Virus record (IMG/VR): IMGVR_UViG_3300030618_000005 | DNA length: 14,764 nucleotides | From: a virus | Taxonomy: Duplodnaviria; Heunggongvirae; Uroviricota; Caudoviricetes | Direction: 5' to 3' (one strand) | In this document: positions 1-6,745 of the stretch, piece after piece | How positions within the stretch are numbered: the first letter of the stretch is position 1 | How the letters are laid out: each line of letters opens with the position of its first letter | The notes under the pieces: model-generated | What the model saw: the letters and a program-made list of their open reading frames with translations, nothing else | Database searches by the model: none | Told to the model about the DNA's origin: nothing | Program-made: the position numbers and the translations under genes

Positions 1-177
1 GAGCCAGTTCTCCGCCTGTTCCTTCGTACAGACCTGACCGGGGTAGACATCCTGCCCAGTGTGGCCGTACCCAATGCTCCAGACCTTACCTTGGTCCTGA
101 TACGCTACGAGCTTCAGTGCCTCGCGTCGTTCTGTTGCGTACAACCCCTGAGGGTCGTAGGTCATTCTAATGTTCAT
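1..177 (-). CDS. Phage lysozyme/endolysin, GH24 (T4-lysozyme-like muramidase), N-terminal 59 codons; runs off the left edge
   Basis: Not in ORF track. Manual translation from ATG at 177 (AAAGGAG RBS upstream): MNIRMTYDPQGLYATERREALKLVAYQDQGKVWSIGYGHTGQDVYPGQVCTKEQAENWL, matching the GH24 pattern E-x8-D-x5-T/S and W(T/S)IGYGHT; no stop before position 1. Confidence 0.9.
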   Translation of the reverse strand, partial: MNIRMTYDPQGLYATERREALKLVAYQDQGKVWSIGYGHTGQDVYPGQVCTKEQAENWL

Positions 178-189
178 GATTCTCCTTTA

Positions 190-420
190 CTACGCCGTCT
201 CCATCTTCACGATCCGGCTCGTCCGTATAAGGCGCGTGCCGAACTCAAGGCCGGGTGACAGCAGCGTCAGGGTACCGTCCTCTATGGAGTACTCGTCGAA
301 CGTACCGTGTATCGTGCGCAGACTCTCAGAGTGCGAGGCCTCCTTCAGCCGGTGCCACGTCTTCGCTTCTTCGTTGATCGTGTAGACCGATCCGTTCTCT
401 GTAGTGAGTGTGAATGTCAT
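190..420 (-). CDS. Hypothetical phage protein, 76 aa
   Basis: ATGA overlap with the upstream gene's stop (417-420); ends TAG TAA directly before the lysozyme RBS. Confidence 0.8.
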   Translation of the reverse strand: MTFTLTTENGSVYTINEEAKTWHRLKEASHSESLRTIHGTFDEYSIEDGTLTLLSPGLEFGTRLIRTSRIVKMETA

Positions 421-695
421 GCGATCTCCAGTTCGAACGAGAATGGCTTAGGTGTGGTGCCGGGGAACTTGGCGTCATGTGTTGCGATCCACGCGATTGC
501 GGAGCTGGGAAGGTTGTATGACTTGCCCTTTTTCAGTCCCGTGCTCTCACCGTAATCTCCGATGTAGATTGTCTTGTAGTCTACGAGAACGTAGGCGTTA
601 TCACCTAGGGCCTCCGTGACTGCCAGAGCAATGGGACAGTAACCCATAGAGGTGTCGCCCGCGTCGATGTGCTTCTGCGTGATGTTGAACGTCAT
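417..695 (-). CDS. Hypothetical phage protein, 92 aa (start revised from 764 to 695)
   Basis: AGAAAGAGG purine tract just before ATG 695; this start removes the overlap with the upstream gene; begins MTFNITQKHIDAG...CPIALA. Confidence 0.75.
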   Translation of the reverse strand: MTFNITQKHIDAGDTSMGYCPIALAVTEALGDNAYVLVDYKTIYIGDYGESTGLKKGKSYNLPSSAIAWIATHDAKFPGTTPKPFSFELEIA

Positions 696-723
696 TTGAC
701 CTCTTTCTCTATGCCAGCGAACG

Positions 724-1398
724 CTATGAGGACGCCTCGTGGTTGGGATCGTTCGTCGCCGCAACCTTCTCTTCAGGGGTGCAGTAGCAAACGCCGTCGT
801 TGTACTGACGCCACGGGCAGAGAGTGTCCTTGACCCAGAAGCCCCAGCTCCGTTCCTTCACACCAGTCTTGACAAGCGTCCACGCCTGCCCACCCTTTTC
901 AAGGATGACACGGTGCTTCCACGTTGCCGGTCGGCGGAGGATGCTCAAGGCAGGGTAGAACTTGCGCTCTCGCCAGTCGCCTTCATCAGGCCCCCACGAT
1001 GGGTAACGGGTCTCACCGATCTCCCAGTCCTTGTCGTCCTTCGCGTCCCACGGTGTCTCCTCCCAGTACCCTTTGGTCAGGATGAGACTGGTGAACGGCC
1101 ACGGATGGTCGTGCATGTGTGGGTCTTCGTCCCCGCGATAGAACTTGTGCAGGTAGAGGCGCGGTACCAGTTTGTTGTCCTCGGTGGGACCGGTGCGCGG
1201 GTAGATATAGAACCGTCTCAGGTAGATGTCGGTCGTGCCATCGCGGAAGATGTCAACGTACTTGAACATCTTCACGAGGAAGAACTCCGGGCCTTCTTGG
1301 TACCAGCGCCGAAAGAAGTCTCGGACGGTCAGTATCGAATACGCCGCCACGAAAGAGAACGCCAAGTAAACGAGCGCCGTCCAGATGAAGACTAGCAT
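724..1398 (-). CDS. Cupin-fold (HxH) putative metalloprotein with N-terminal transmembrane helix, 224 aa
   Basis: LHKFYRGDEDPHMHDHPWPFTSLILTKGYWEE and later HRV and WGF fit cupin metal-binding motifs; residues 1-24 are hydrophobic. Confidence 0.7.
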   Translation of the reverse strand: MLVFIWTALVYLAFSFVAAYSILTVRDFFRRWYQEGPEFFLVKMFKYVDIFRDGTTDIYLRRFYIYPRTGPTEDNKLVPRLYLHKFYRGDEDPHMHDHPWPFTSLILTKGYWEETPWDAKDDKDWEIGETRYPSWGPDEGDWRERKFYPALSILRRPATWKHRVILEKGGQAWTLVKTGVKERSWGFWVKDTLCPWRQYNDGVCYCTPEEKVAATNDPNHEASS

Positions 1399-1697
1399 CG
1401 AGGGTAACCATCCGTGCTATGGATGCTCTGCTCAGCAAGGCAAGCTTCCACTCTTCCGAGTGTCGCCTTCAATGCTTCAGCCAGCAACTCCATCACGCCT
1501 TTATCGCGGCGGCAGAAGTTCTCCACGCGACCGTTGATGACGCTCCCGTAAGTCTTGCCCTTGTGGGCTTCGAGCAGAGCTACGTCGTAGTTGTCGTTTA
1601 CCATGTCACCGGTTGTGTCATTGGCGATATGGATCAGTCCCAGCTTGTACGGCTGTGCTCCGTTACCGGGGATCATGTTGATGGCTACTTCGACCAT
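1392..1697 (-). CDS. Hypothetical phage protein, 101 aa
   Basis: GGAGG RBS before ATG 1697; 7-nt overlap with the next gene. Confidence 0.8.
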   Translation of the reverse strand: MVEVAINMIPGNGAQPYKLGLIHIANDTTGDMVNDNYDVALLEAHKGKTYGSVINGRVENFCRRDKGVMELLAEALKATLGRVEACLAEQSIHSTDGYPRC

Positions 1698-1709
1698 TAC
1701 GCCTCCGTG

Positions 1710-1943
1710 TTACCTAATCTGTTCCTCACCGTTGTCACAGTGATAGATCGTTTGATCCGCAGTCCACCCTCCGCCCTTGGCGGTGTAGACGTACTGACCA
1801 GCCTTGGTGCCGACCGATACGCAGTGGTGATCGGTGGCGTACTTCTGCCACTGCTGGTTCTCATAGACCACCGCGAACAGAGCAAATGCCAAGATTGCGA
1901 TGGACCCAAAGACCACTAGAAACTTCTGTGCTGCATAACTCAT
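1710..1943 (-). CDS. Small single-pass membrane protein, 77 aa
   Basis: Hydrophobic segment FLVVFGSIAILAFALFAVVY, then a domain with two Cys; ATGA coupling at 1940-1943. Confidence 0.8.
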   Translation of the reverse strand: MSYAAQKFLVVFGSIAILAFALFAVVYENQQWQKYATDHHCVSVGTKAGQYVYTAKGGGWTADQTIYHCDNGEEQIR

Positions 1944-2092
1944 ACCGCCTCCGGGTCAGAATAGTAGTGAGTGCCCGGATTCCCATCAGCGTCCATGTCC
2001 CCATAGCAGGGGTCTTCACTGTAGCACGCGATGCAGTCTCCGCATAGTTCGCAGAATACCTCACCGCATTTGATGGTTACCGGTTCACTCAT
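1940..2092 (-). CDS. Small Cys-rich putative metal-binding protein, 50 aa
   Basis: Below ORF-track cutoff. MSEPVTIKCGEVFCELCGDCIACYSEDPCYGDMDADGNPGTHYYSDPEAV*; ATGA overlaps at both ends (2089-2092 with the recA stop, 1940-1943 with the next start), exactly filling the gap. Confidence 0.85.
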   Translation of the reverse strand: MSEPVTIKCGEVFCELCGDCIACYSEDPCYGDMDADGNPGTHYYSDPEAV

Positions 2093-3225
2093 TGCGCGTC
2101 TGCTTCCTGCTGGGCCTGTATAGCCTTAGCAATTTCCTTCTTGATCTTCTCCACTGTATCAGGATTGTCCCGAAGTGTCAACACCGTTTTGTCGAGACCC
2201 TGACCTAGCTGCTCTCCGTTGAAGCTCAGCCAGCTCGTACCAGTGATGACGCCGCAGTCCTTGGCAAATTTTACCATGTCTGCGAACTTGTCGATACCCT
2301 TACCGTAGATGAGGTTCACTTCAGTCTGGCGGAACGGCGCACCGGCTTTATTCTTCACGGCTTTGATCTTGGTCTTTACACCGATCTCCACGCCGCCGCT
2401 CGTGATCTTTGACCCATCCCCACCCAGACGACGAACGTCGAGGCGTACAGAGGCGTAGAAGGGCAACGCCTTGCCTCCTGTAGTGGTCTCAGGACTGCCG
2501 AACATCACACCGATCTTCTCACGAATCTGGTTGATGAAGATGATGGTCACGTTGTTACGAGCGCACGCGCCCCGCAGCTTACGCATAGCCTGTGACATCA
2601 GTCGGGCCTGTAGGCCCATGTGACTGTCGCCCATCTCACCATCAAGCTCAGCCTGAGGTGTGAGCGCGGCCACTGAGTCTACCACGACGATATCAACCGC
2701 TCCAGATAGCGCAAGTGCTTCCGCAGTTTCGAGAGCCTGTTCCCCTGAGTCGGGCTGAGAGACCATGAGTTCTTTGACGTTGACTCCCAACGCCTGAGCG
2801 TAGTTCGGATCGAGAGCGTGCTCCGCATCCACGAACGCTGCAATTCCCCCCTGTGCTTGTACATCGGCAATGATCTCCAGAGTGATGGTAGTCTTACCGG
2901 CTGACGGAGGCCCGAAGATTTCGATGATGCGGCCCTTAGGTACGCCGCCGCACCCGATGACTCCGTAGTCCACCGACATCATGCCGGTAGAGAAGCTGGG
3001 CATTGGTACACCCAGCTTTTTGTCTAGGCGCACGAGAGACGTGGTGACCTTGTTCTCATCCGTGCTGAACTGCTTGTTGAGTGTTACCGCTACTGCGTCC
3101 AGCATGGCGAAGCGTTCCTTCTTGCTTAGCCCCTTAGCTGCCGCTGGCGGTGGTACCGAAGAGGTCGCCTTGGGTGACGGTTTCGCCGTGCCTAATACTC
3201 CCTTCAGTTGGTTGAGTGCTCCCAT
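2089..3225 (-). CDS. recA: RecA recombinase (bacterial type), 378 aa
   Basis: GRIIEIFGPPSAGKTT (Walker A), FVDAEHALDP, VVDSVAAL (Walker B), NQIREKIGVMFGSPETTTGG (L2), VKNK; colinear with E. coli RecA at offset 39; ~30-aa Pro/Ala/Lys N-terminal extension; no acidic C-tail. Confidence 0.98.
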   Translation of the reverse strand: MGALNQLKGVLGTAKPSPKATSSVPPPAAAKGLSKKERFAMLDAVAVTLNKQFSTDENKVTTSLVRLDKKLGVPMPSFSTGMMSVDYGVIGCGGVPKGRIIEIFGPPSAGKTTITLEIIADVQAQGGIAAFVDAEHALDPNYAQALGVNVKELMVSQPDSGEQALETAEALALSGAVDIVVVDSVAALTPQAELDGEMGDSHMGLQARLMSQAMRKLRGACARNNVTIIFINQIREKIGVMFGSPETTTGGKALPFYASVRLDVRRLGGDGSKITSGGVEIGVKTKIKAVKNKAGAPFRQTEVNLIYGKGIDKFADMVKFAKDCGVITGTSWLSFNGEQLGQGLDKTVLTLRDNPDTVEKIKKEIAKAIQAQQEADAQ

Positions 3226-3577
3226 TGTTCTTTTCCTTTGCCTCCAGTGCCATCTTCAGCTTGGCCACACTGCCCATGAACCGAAGGAACCTCTGGAGAA
3301 ACTTCCTGCCCTTGAGCGCGATAATCATATCGTCGCCGCCCTTGGCGTGTGCATCCTCGACGGCTTGGGTAAACTCACCATGCACGTTGAAGAACGCGAA
3401 CCAGCAAGCCTCGCAGTTCGAGTGACGCGGCTCTCGCTGAGCGATGAACTTGTGCCCACACATCGGAACAGTCTGATGCTTGTGGGTGAAGTTCTTCAGG
3501 TTGAGCTTCCCGGCCTCGGCCCGCGTGTACTGCTTCGGCGTGGGGATGAACCGTACCTCCTCAGGAGCTTCAGTCAT
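3134..3577 (-). CDS. Hypothetical protein with CGH...CxxC putative Zn site, 147 aa (start revised from 3691 to 3577)
   Basis: GGAGG before ATG 3577; 8-nt overlap with the upstream gene; MCGHKF...NCEACW; C-terminal tail overlaps the first 92 nt of recA. Confidence 0.75.
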   Translation of the reverse strand: MTEAPEEVRFIPTPKQYTRAEAGKLNLKNFTHKHQTVPMCGHKFIAQREPRHSNCEACWFAFFNVHGEFTQAVEDAHAKGGDDMIIALKGRKFLQRFLRFMGSVAKLKMALEAKEKNNGSTQPTEGSIRHGETVTQGDLFGTTASGS

Positions 3578-3773
3578 TGCCCAGAGCCTCCTCCGCGAAG
3601 ATAGCGTTACGCTCCCGCTGGAGTAACACAGGGTCAGTAAGCCCGAACTTCTGCTCCAGAGCAAACTTCTCTGGGTTGGTGATGTCTTCACCGTTGATCT
3701 CGTACCGGAGCTGCCTGCGAAGCTCAGAGACTAAGGGCTGGTTGTCCTGCTCGACTAGTGTTGCTGCTGCCAT
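3570..3773 (-). CDS. Hypothetical protein, 67 aa
   Basis: AGAGG RBS before ATG 3773; fits the operon packing. Confidence 0.7.
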   Translation of the reverse strand: MAAATLVEQDNQPLVSELRRQLRYEINGEDITNPEKFALEQKFGLTDPVLLQRERNAIFAEEALGND

Positions 3774-4272
3774 TGCGTTTCATCCTCTCTTGTGCGCGAA
3801 CCGACTCTCGTCGGACGCCGTTGAAGTACTTTGAGACGGGTGAGATTTTGCGGAGACGGAAAAGCTTTCCGACCTTCTGCTCAATTCTCATGCGCTCCTT
3901 CGGGGTGAAGACGTTGCCGTACTCGGAGATGTAGGTATCAGTGAACCTAACCTGTTCGTCCTTCGTAAGCACATCCGTGATGCATCTGTCAACGTCGCAG
4001 TAGAAGTCCTGAACATTAGGCTGGCCCGGTGTCTTTGTGGCCTTGCCCATGTCGAACTCGTTGTTGGCTACTCGGATCGAGCTGCGCCGTTGAAGCTTCT
4101 GGTAGTTGCCTAGTGACGGCTCAAGCGCATAGGGATCACCCATGACATCATCAAATGCGTTCTTGTTGAACCGAAACTCCTCGTTGTACTTCTCAATTCC
4201 TGACTGCTTTGGTCGCTCGTCCCTTGCTGCCACTACGTCCTTTCGTCTTCTTTTTGCGGGGTGTAATCCCAC
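3724..4272 (-). CDS. Hypothetical protein, up to 182 aa; start uncertain
   Basis: Only long ORF filling the gap between endonuclease VII and the 67-aa gene; GTG start with weak RBS, overlapping the endonuclease tail by 80 nt. Confidence 0.65.
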   Translation of the reverse strand: MGLHPAKRRRKDVVAARDERPKQSGIEKYNEEFRFNKNAFDDVMGDPYALEPSLGNYQKLQRRSSIRVANNEFDMGKATKTPGQPNVQDFYCDVDRCITDVLTKDEQVRFTDTYISEYGNVFTPKERMRIEQKVGKLFRLRKISPVSKYFNGVRRESVRAQERMKRNGSSNTSRAGQPALSL

Positions 4273-4630
4273 ACAGCTTGTTTCGTTTATCCGATCCTAC
4301 TCGGCCCGGATGACTATGCCTTGGCGTACCCAGTACGGCGGTGGCCGGTGGCGATGTCACATACTCAGCAGCGGAGCGAACCAACACATCATCGTCTTGG
4401 AACTTGCCCAGCTTCTTGTTGCACAACCAGCATAGGAGTCCTCGGATCAACCCGGTCTTGTGATCGTGATCGACCGCGAAGCCCTTGCTGAAGTCTGATT
4501 CAGGGCGGCGGCACATGGCACACTTCCCGCCCTGATGATTCCAGATTCGTTTGTACTCTGCCAGAGTGATGCAGTAGTGCTTCTGGAGGTAGGTATCCTT
4601 CGCCCTCTCTCGGGCAGTGTACGCTTTCAT
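4193..4630 (-). CDS. T4 endonuclease VII-like nuclease (Holliday junction resolvase/recombination endonuclease family), 145 aa
   Basis: YCITLAEY...QGGKCAMC...VDHDHKTGLIRGLLCWLCNKKLG is the endo VII Zn/His-Me signature; TAATG coupling to the primase-helicase stop. Confidence 0.92.
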   Translation of the reverse strand: MKAYTARERAKDTYLQKHYCITLAEYKRIWNHQGGKCAMCRRPESDFSKGFAVDHDHKTGLIRGLLCWLCNKKLGKFQDDDVLVRSAAEYVTSPPATAVLGTPRHSHPGRVGSDKRNKLCGITPRKKKTKGRSGSKGRATKAVRN

Positions 4631-6654
4631 TAGAAGACCACATCTCCCATCGGTACTTCGCCGGTATAGTCCTTCTTGAGGACGATGCCCAGATTAGCCA
4701 ACTGGTTTTCGTGACCCACGTTCTTGTTGGAGTCAGCCTTCATCTTTGCGATCTGGCCCTCGTTCTTCTCCATAAACGTACTGGTCTCCCCGTTGACGTG
4801 AAGCGTACAGTAGCCGCCACTCGAATAGCGTGATAGAGGCACGCCAGTAAGAACATCCTCACCGAAGGCAGCTTCCTGTTCCACATATCCGATCTTCTCG
4901 AAGTCGTCTGCACTAAGCTCTCCCAGCTTCGTACGGTGAAGGGTGATCGTGCAGTCGCAGTCCTTTGCGATCTGAGACGAACCATCCGTGTTATCCGATG
5001 AGACGATTGCCCCGGCCTTGATGCGGTTCGGCTGGAGAATGCGTACCAGCTTCACACCGTAGTCCTTGGCGATCTGACTCGTGATCTTCGATATCTGCGA
5101 GAGGTGCTGCGTTCTGTTGTCGTAGGGCGTTGAGTCTGCCAGACGATGAATGTTGTCGATACAAATCCACTTCGCACCATAGCGGCGGATCACGTCACGG
5201 ATCAGACCGTAGATGTCCTCGACCGACTTGTACTTGGGATAGCAGAAGTACAGATCACCCTCACGTGCTGCTGTGATAGCCTGTACAGTTGACCTCGCTT
5301 CCATGAAGGCGGCCTTGAGAGCTTCACCCTCTTCCACCGACTTCGGAATGTTGTCAGCTACCTGCCCAAGATAAGAGACCCACTTGCGTGCCATACGAGC
5401 GCGAGTCATCTCCAAGCAGATAAAAACCCCGTCCTCGCCGTATGCTGAAACCATGTGGTCCATCAGATTCAAGGCGAACGTAGTCTTTCCGATCTTCTCC
5501 GGTGCTAGGATATCGATCACGTCCCCATCTTCGAACCCTACCAGCTTGTTCAGCGATGGCCATTGCGTCTTGTACTTTGGCTCTAATGTTGTCTTCCCCT
5601 CAAGTTCGTCGTAGAACTCCTGCATGGAGTCTTTAGAGGACGCTACACCGGCCACGTCGAAGAGCTGAGCTTCTTCCTTCAGCTTCTCGAATGCCTCAGG
5701 CGTTCCTCCGCCTTGTGTGAACCACTCGTTCAGGTCTTTGCCATTTCGCTGCTCACCCTTTTCGGTCGTAACCTGAAAGTCCGGCAGAATAATCTTCCAG
5801 CACTTCTCGATTCCAATGCGATTAGCGAGTTCCTGCGCAGCCTTCTGGCCCACCGCATCTTTGTCGTAGCAGACATAAACCTTGTCCAGTCTGTCGAGGG
5901 AATCGATCCACTCGGCCTTCTTGAAGTTTGCACCCGGCACGCCGCAGATGTTCTTTACGCCGTGGTCAATCGCGCAGATTACGTCCGGCTCACCCTCTAC
6001 GAACGTCGCCTCAGTGAGATTCTGATCGTTGAGGATTTCACCATTGTACAACGGAACCGGCCATCCTGTTGGCGAACTGAACGCCTTGGGTACCAAGTTC
6101 TCAGACAGTGGCATCGTCGGCAGCGTTCGATAGTGGCAGAACACTGTGTTGCCGTTGACCATGTACGGGTACACGAGCGCCCGCACTTCACCTACACCTC
6201 GGAAGAACCTCTTCTCCACAAGGCCCAGCTTCATCTTCCCGATAACGTCCATCGAGAAGCCACGACCGTTGACCAGATAGTCCAGAGCAGCTTCGTCGGC
6301 CAGCAGTGCTTCGTGGCACGCTTCCGTATCCGGCAGCTCCTCTTGCTTCTTATTCTCCCCAGAACTACCCGAGTCCCTGCGGCTCTCGATGTTCGCCTGT
6401 ACGATTCCTAAATGCTGCTTCAGTGTGTAAAGGTTACCACCCTTGCCACAGTGTACGCACCCATGCAGACCGTCCCTGTTTGTCTGCCCACTCCCGGCCC
6501 CATGAATCTCCATGCCTAAATGGAACCCGTCCTTCTTGCAATACGGGCATCTCTCGATTTCGATCTTGGGACTAGATACTTCTCTGTACTTCCAACCCTG
6601 ACTGACCACAAGCTGCATCGCCTGTGAGCCAGTGAACGCTTCCGGTATCTTCAC
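4630..6654 (-). CDS. Bifunctional DNA primase-helicase (Zn finger + TOPRIM + DnaB-like SF4 helicase; T7 gp4/Twinkle architecture), 674 aa
   Basis: CPYC...CVHC Zn finger; FVEGEPD and YDKDAVG TOPRIM motifs; APEKIGKT, CLEM, ICIDNIH, ILQPNR and GSSQIAKDCD SF4 motifs; GTG start with AGGAG RBS. Confidence 0.95.
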   Translation of the reverse strand: MKIPEAFTGSQAMQLVVSQGWKYREVSSPKIEIERCPYCKKDGFHLGMEIHGAGSGQTNRDGLHGCVHCGKGGNLYTLKQHLGIVQANIESRRDSGSSGENKKQEELPDTEACHEALLADEAALDYLVNGRGFSMDVIGKMKLGLVEKRFFRGVGEVRALVYPYMVNGNTVFCHYRTLPTMPLSENLVPKAFSSPTGWPVPLYNGEILNDQNLTEATFVEGEPDVICAIDHGVKNICGVPGANFKKAEWIDSLDRLDKVYVCYDKDAVGQKAAQELANRIGIEKCWKIILPDFQVTTEKGEQRNGKDLNEWFTQGGGTPEAFEKLKEEAQLFDVAGVASSKDSMQEFYDELEGKTTLEPKYKTQWPSLNKLVGFEDGDVIDILAPEKIGKTTFALNLMDHMVSAYGEDGVFICLEMTRARMARKWVSYLGQVADNIPKSVEEGEALKAAFMEARSTVQAITAAREGDLYFCYPKYKSVEDIYGLIRDVIRRYGAKWICIDNIHRLADSTPYDNRTQHLSQISKITSQIAKDYGVKLVRILQPNRIKAGAIVSSDNTDGSSQIAKDCDCTITLHRTKLGELSADDFEKIGYVEQEAAFGEDVLTGVPLSRYSSGGYCTLHVNGETSTFMEKNEGQIAKMKADSNKNVGHENQLANLGIVLKKDYTGEVPMGDVVF

Positions 6655-6672
6655 TCAACTCCTGTATATATT

Positions 6673-6691
6673 CACCCACGCCTTACGGGTG
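6673..6691 (-). promoter_or_regulatory. Stem-loop in the 5' UTR of the primase-helicase gene
   Basis: Minus strand CACCCGT-AAGGC-GTGGGTG: 5 Watson-Crick + 2 G-U pairs (wobble pairs form only on the minus strand), ending 8 nt upstream of AGGAG. Confidence 0.5.
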
Positions 6692-6716
6692 TTTACTTCC
6701 AATGACTTATGAACCT

Positions 6717-6745
6717 AGTGTAACACTAAAGCTTTAGGTTGTCAA
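6717..6745 (-). promoter_or_regulatory. Sigma70-type promoter for the primase-helicase operon
   Basis: Minus strand TTGACA-17 nt-TACACT, with TG at the extended -10 position; the -35 overlaps the upstream gene's stop codon; AT-rich intergenic gap. Confidence 0.85.

Noticed and set aside
1940-2092. 4Fe-4S ferredoxin call for the Cys-rich microprotein
   Set aside because: Spacing is CxxCxxCxxC, not the ferredoxin CxxCxxCxxxCP; left as unspecified metal-binding.
2089-6654. Inteins or introns in RecA or the primase-helicase
   Set aside because: Both are colinear with the expected motif spacing and have no large insertion or C/S...HN splice motifs.
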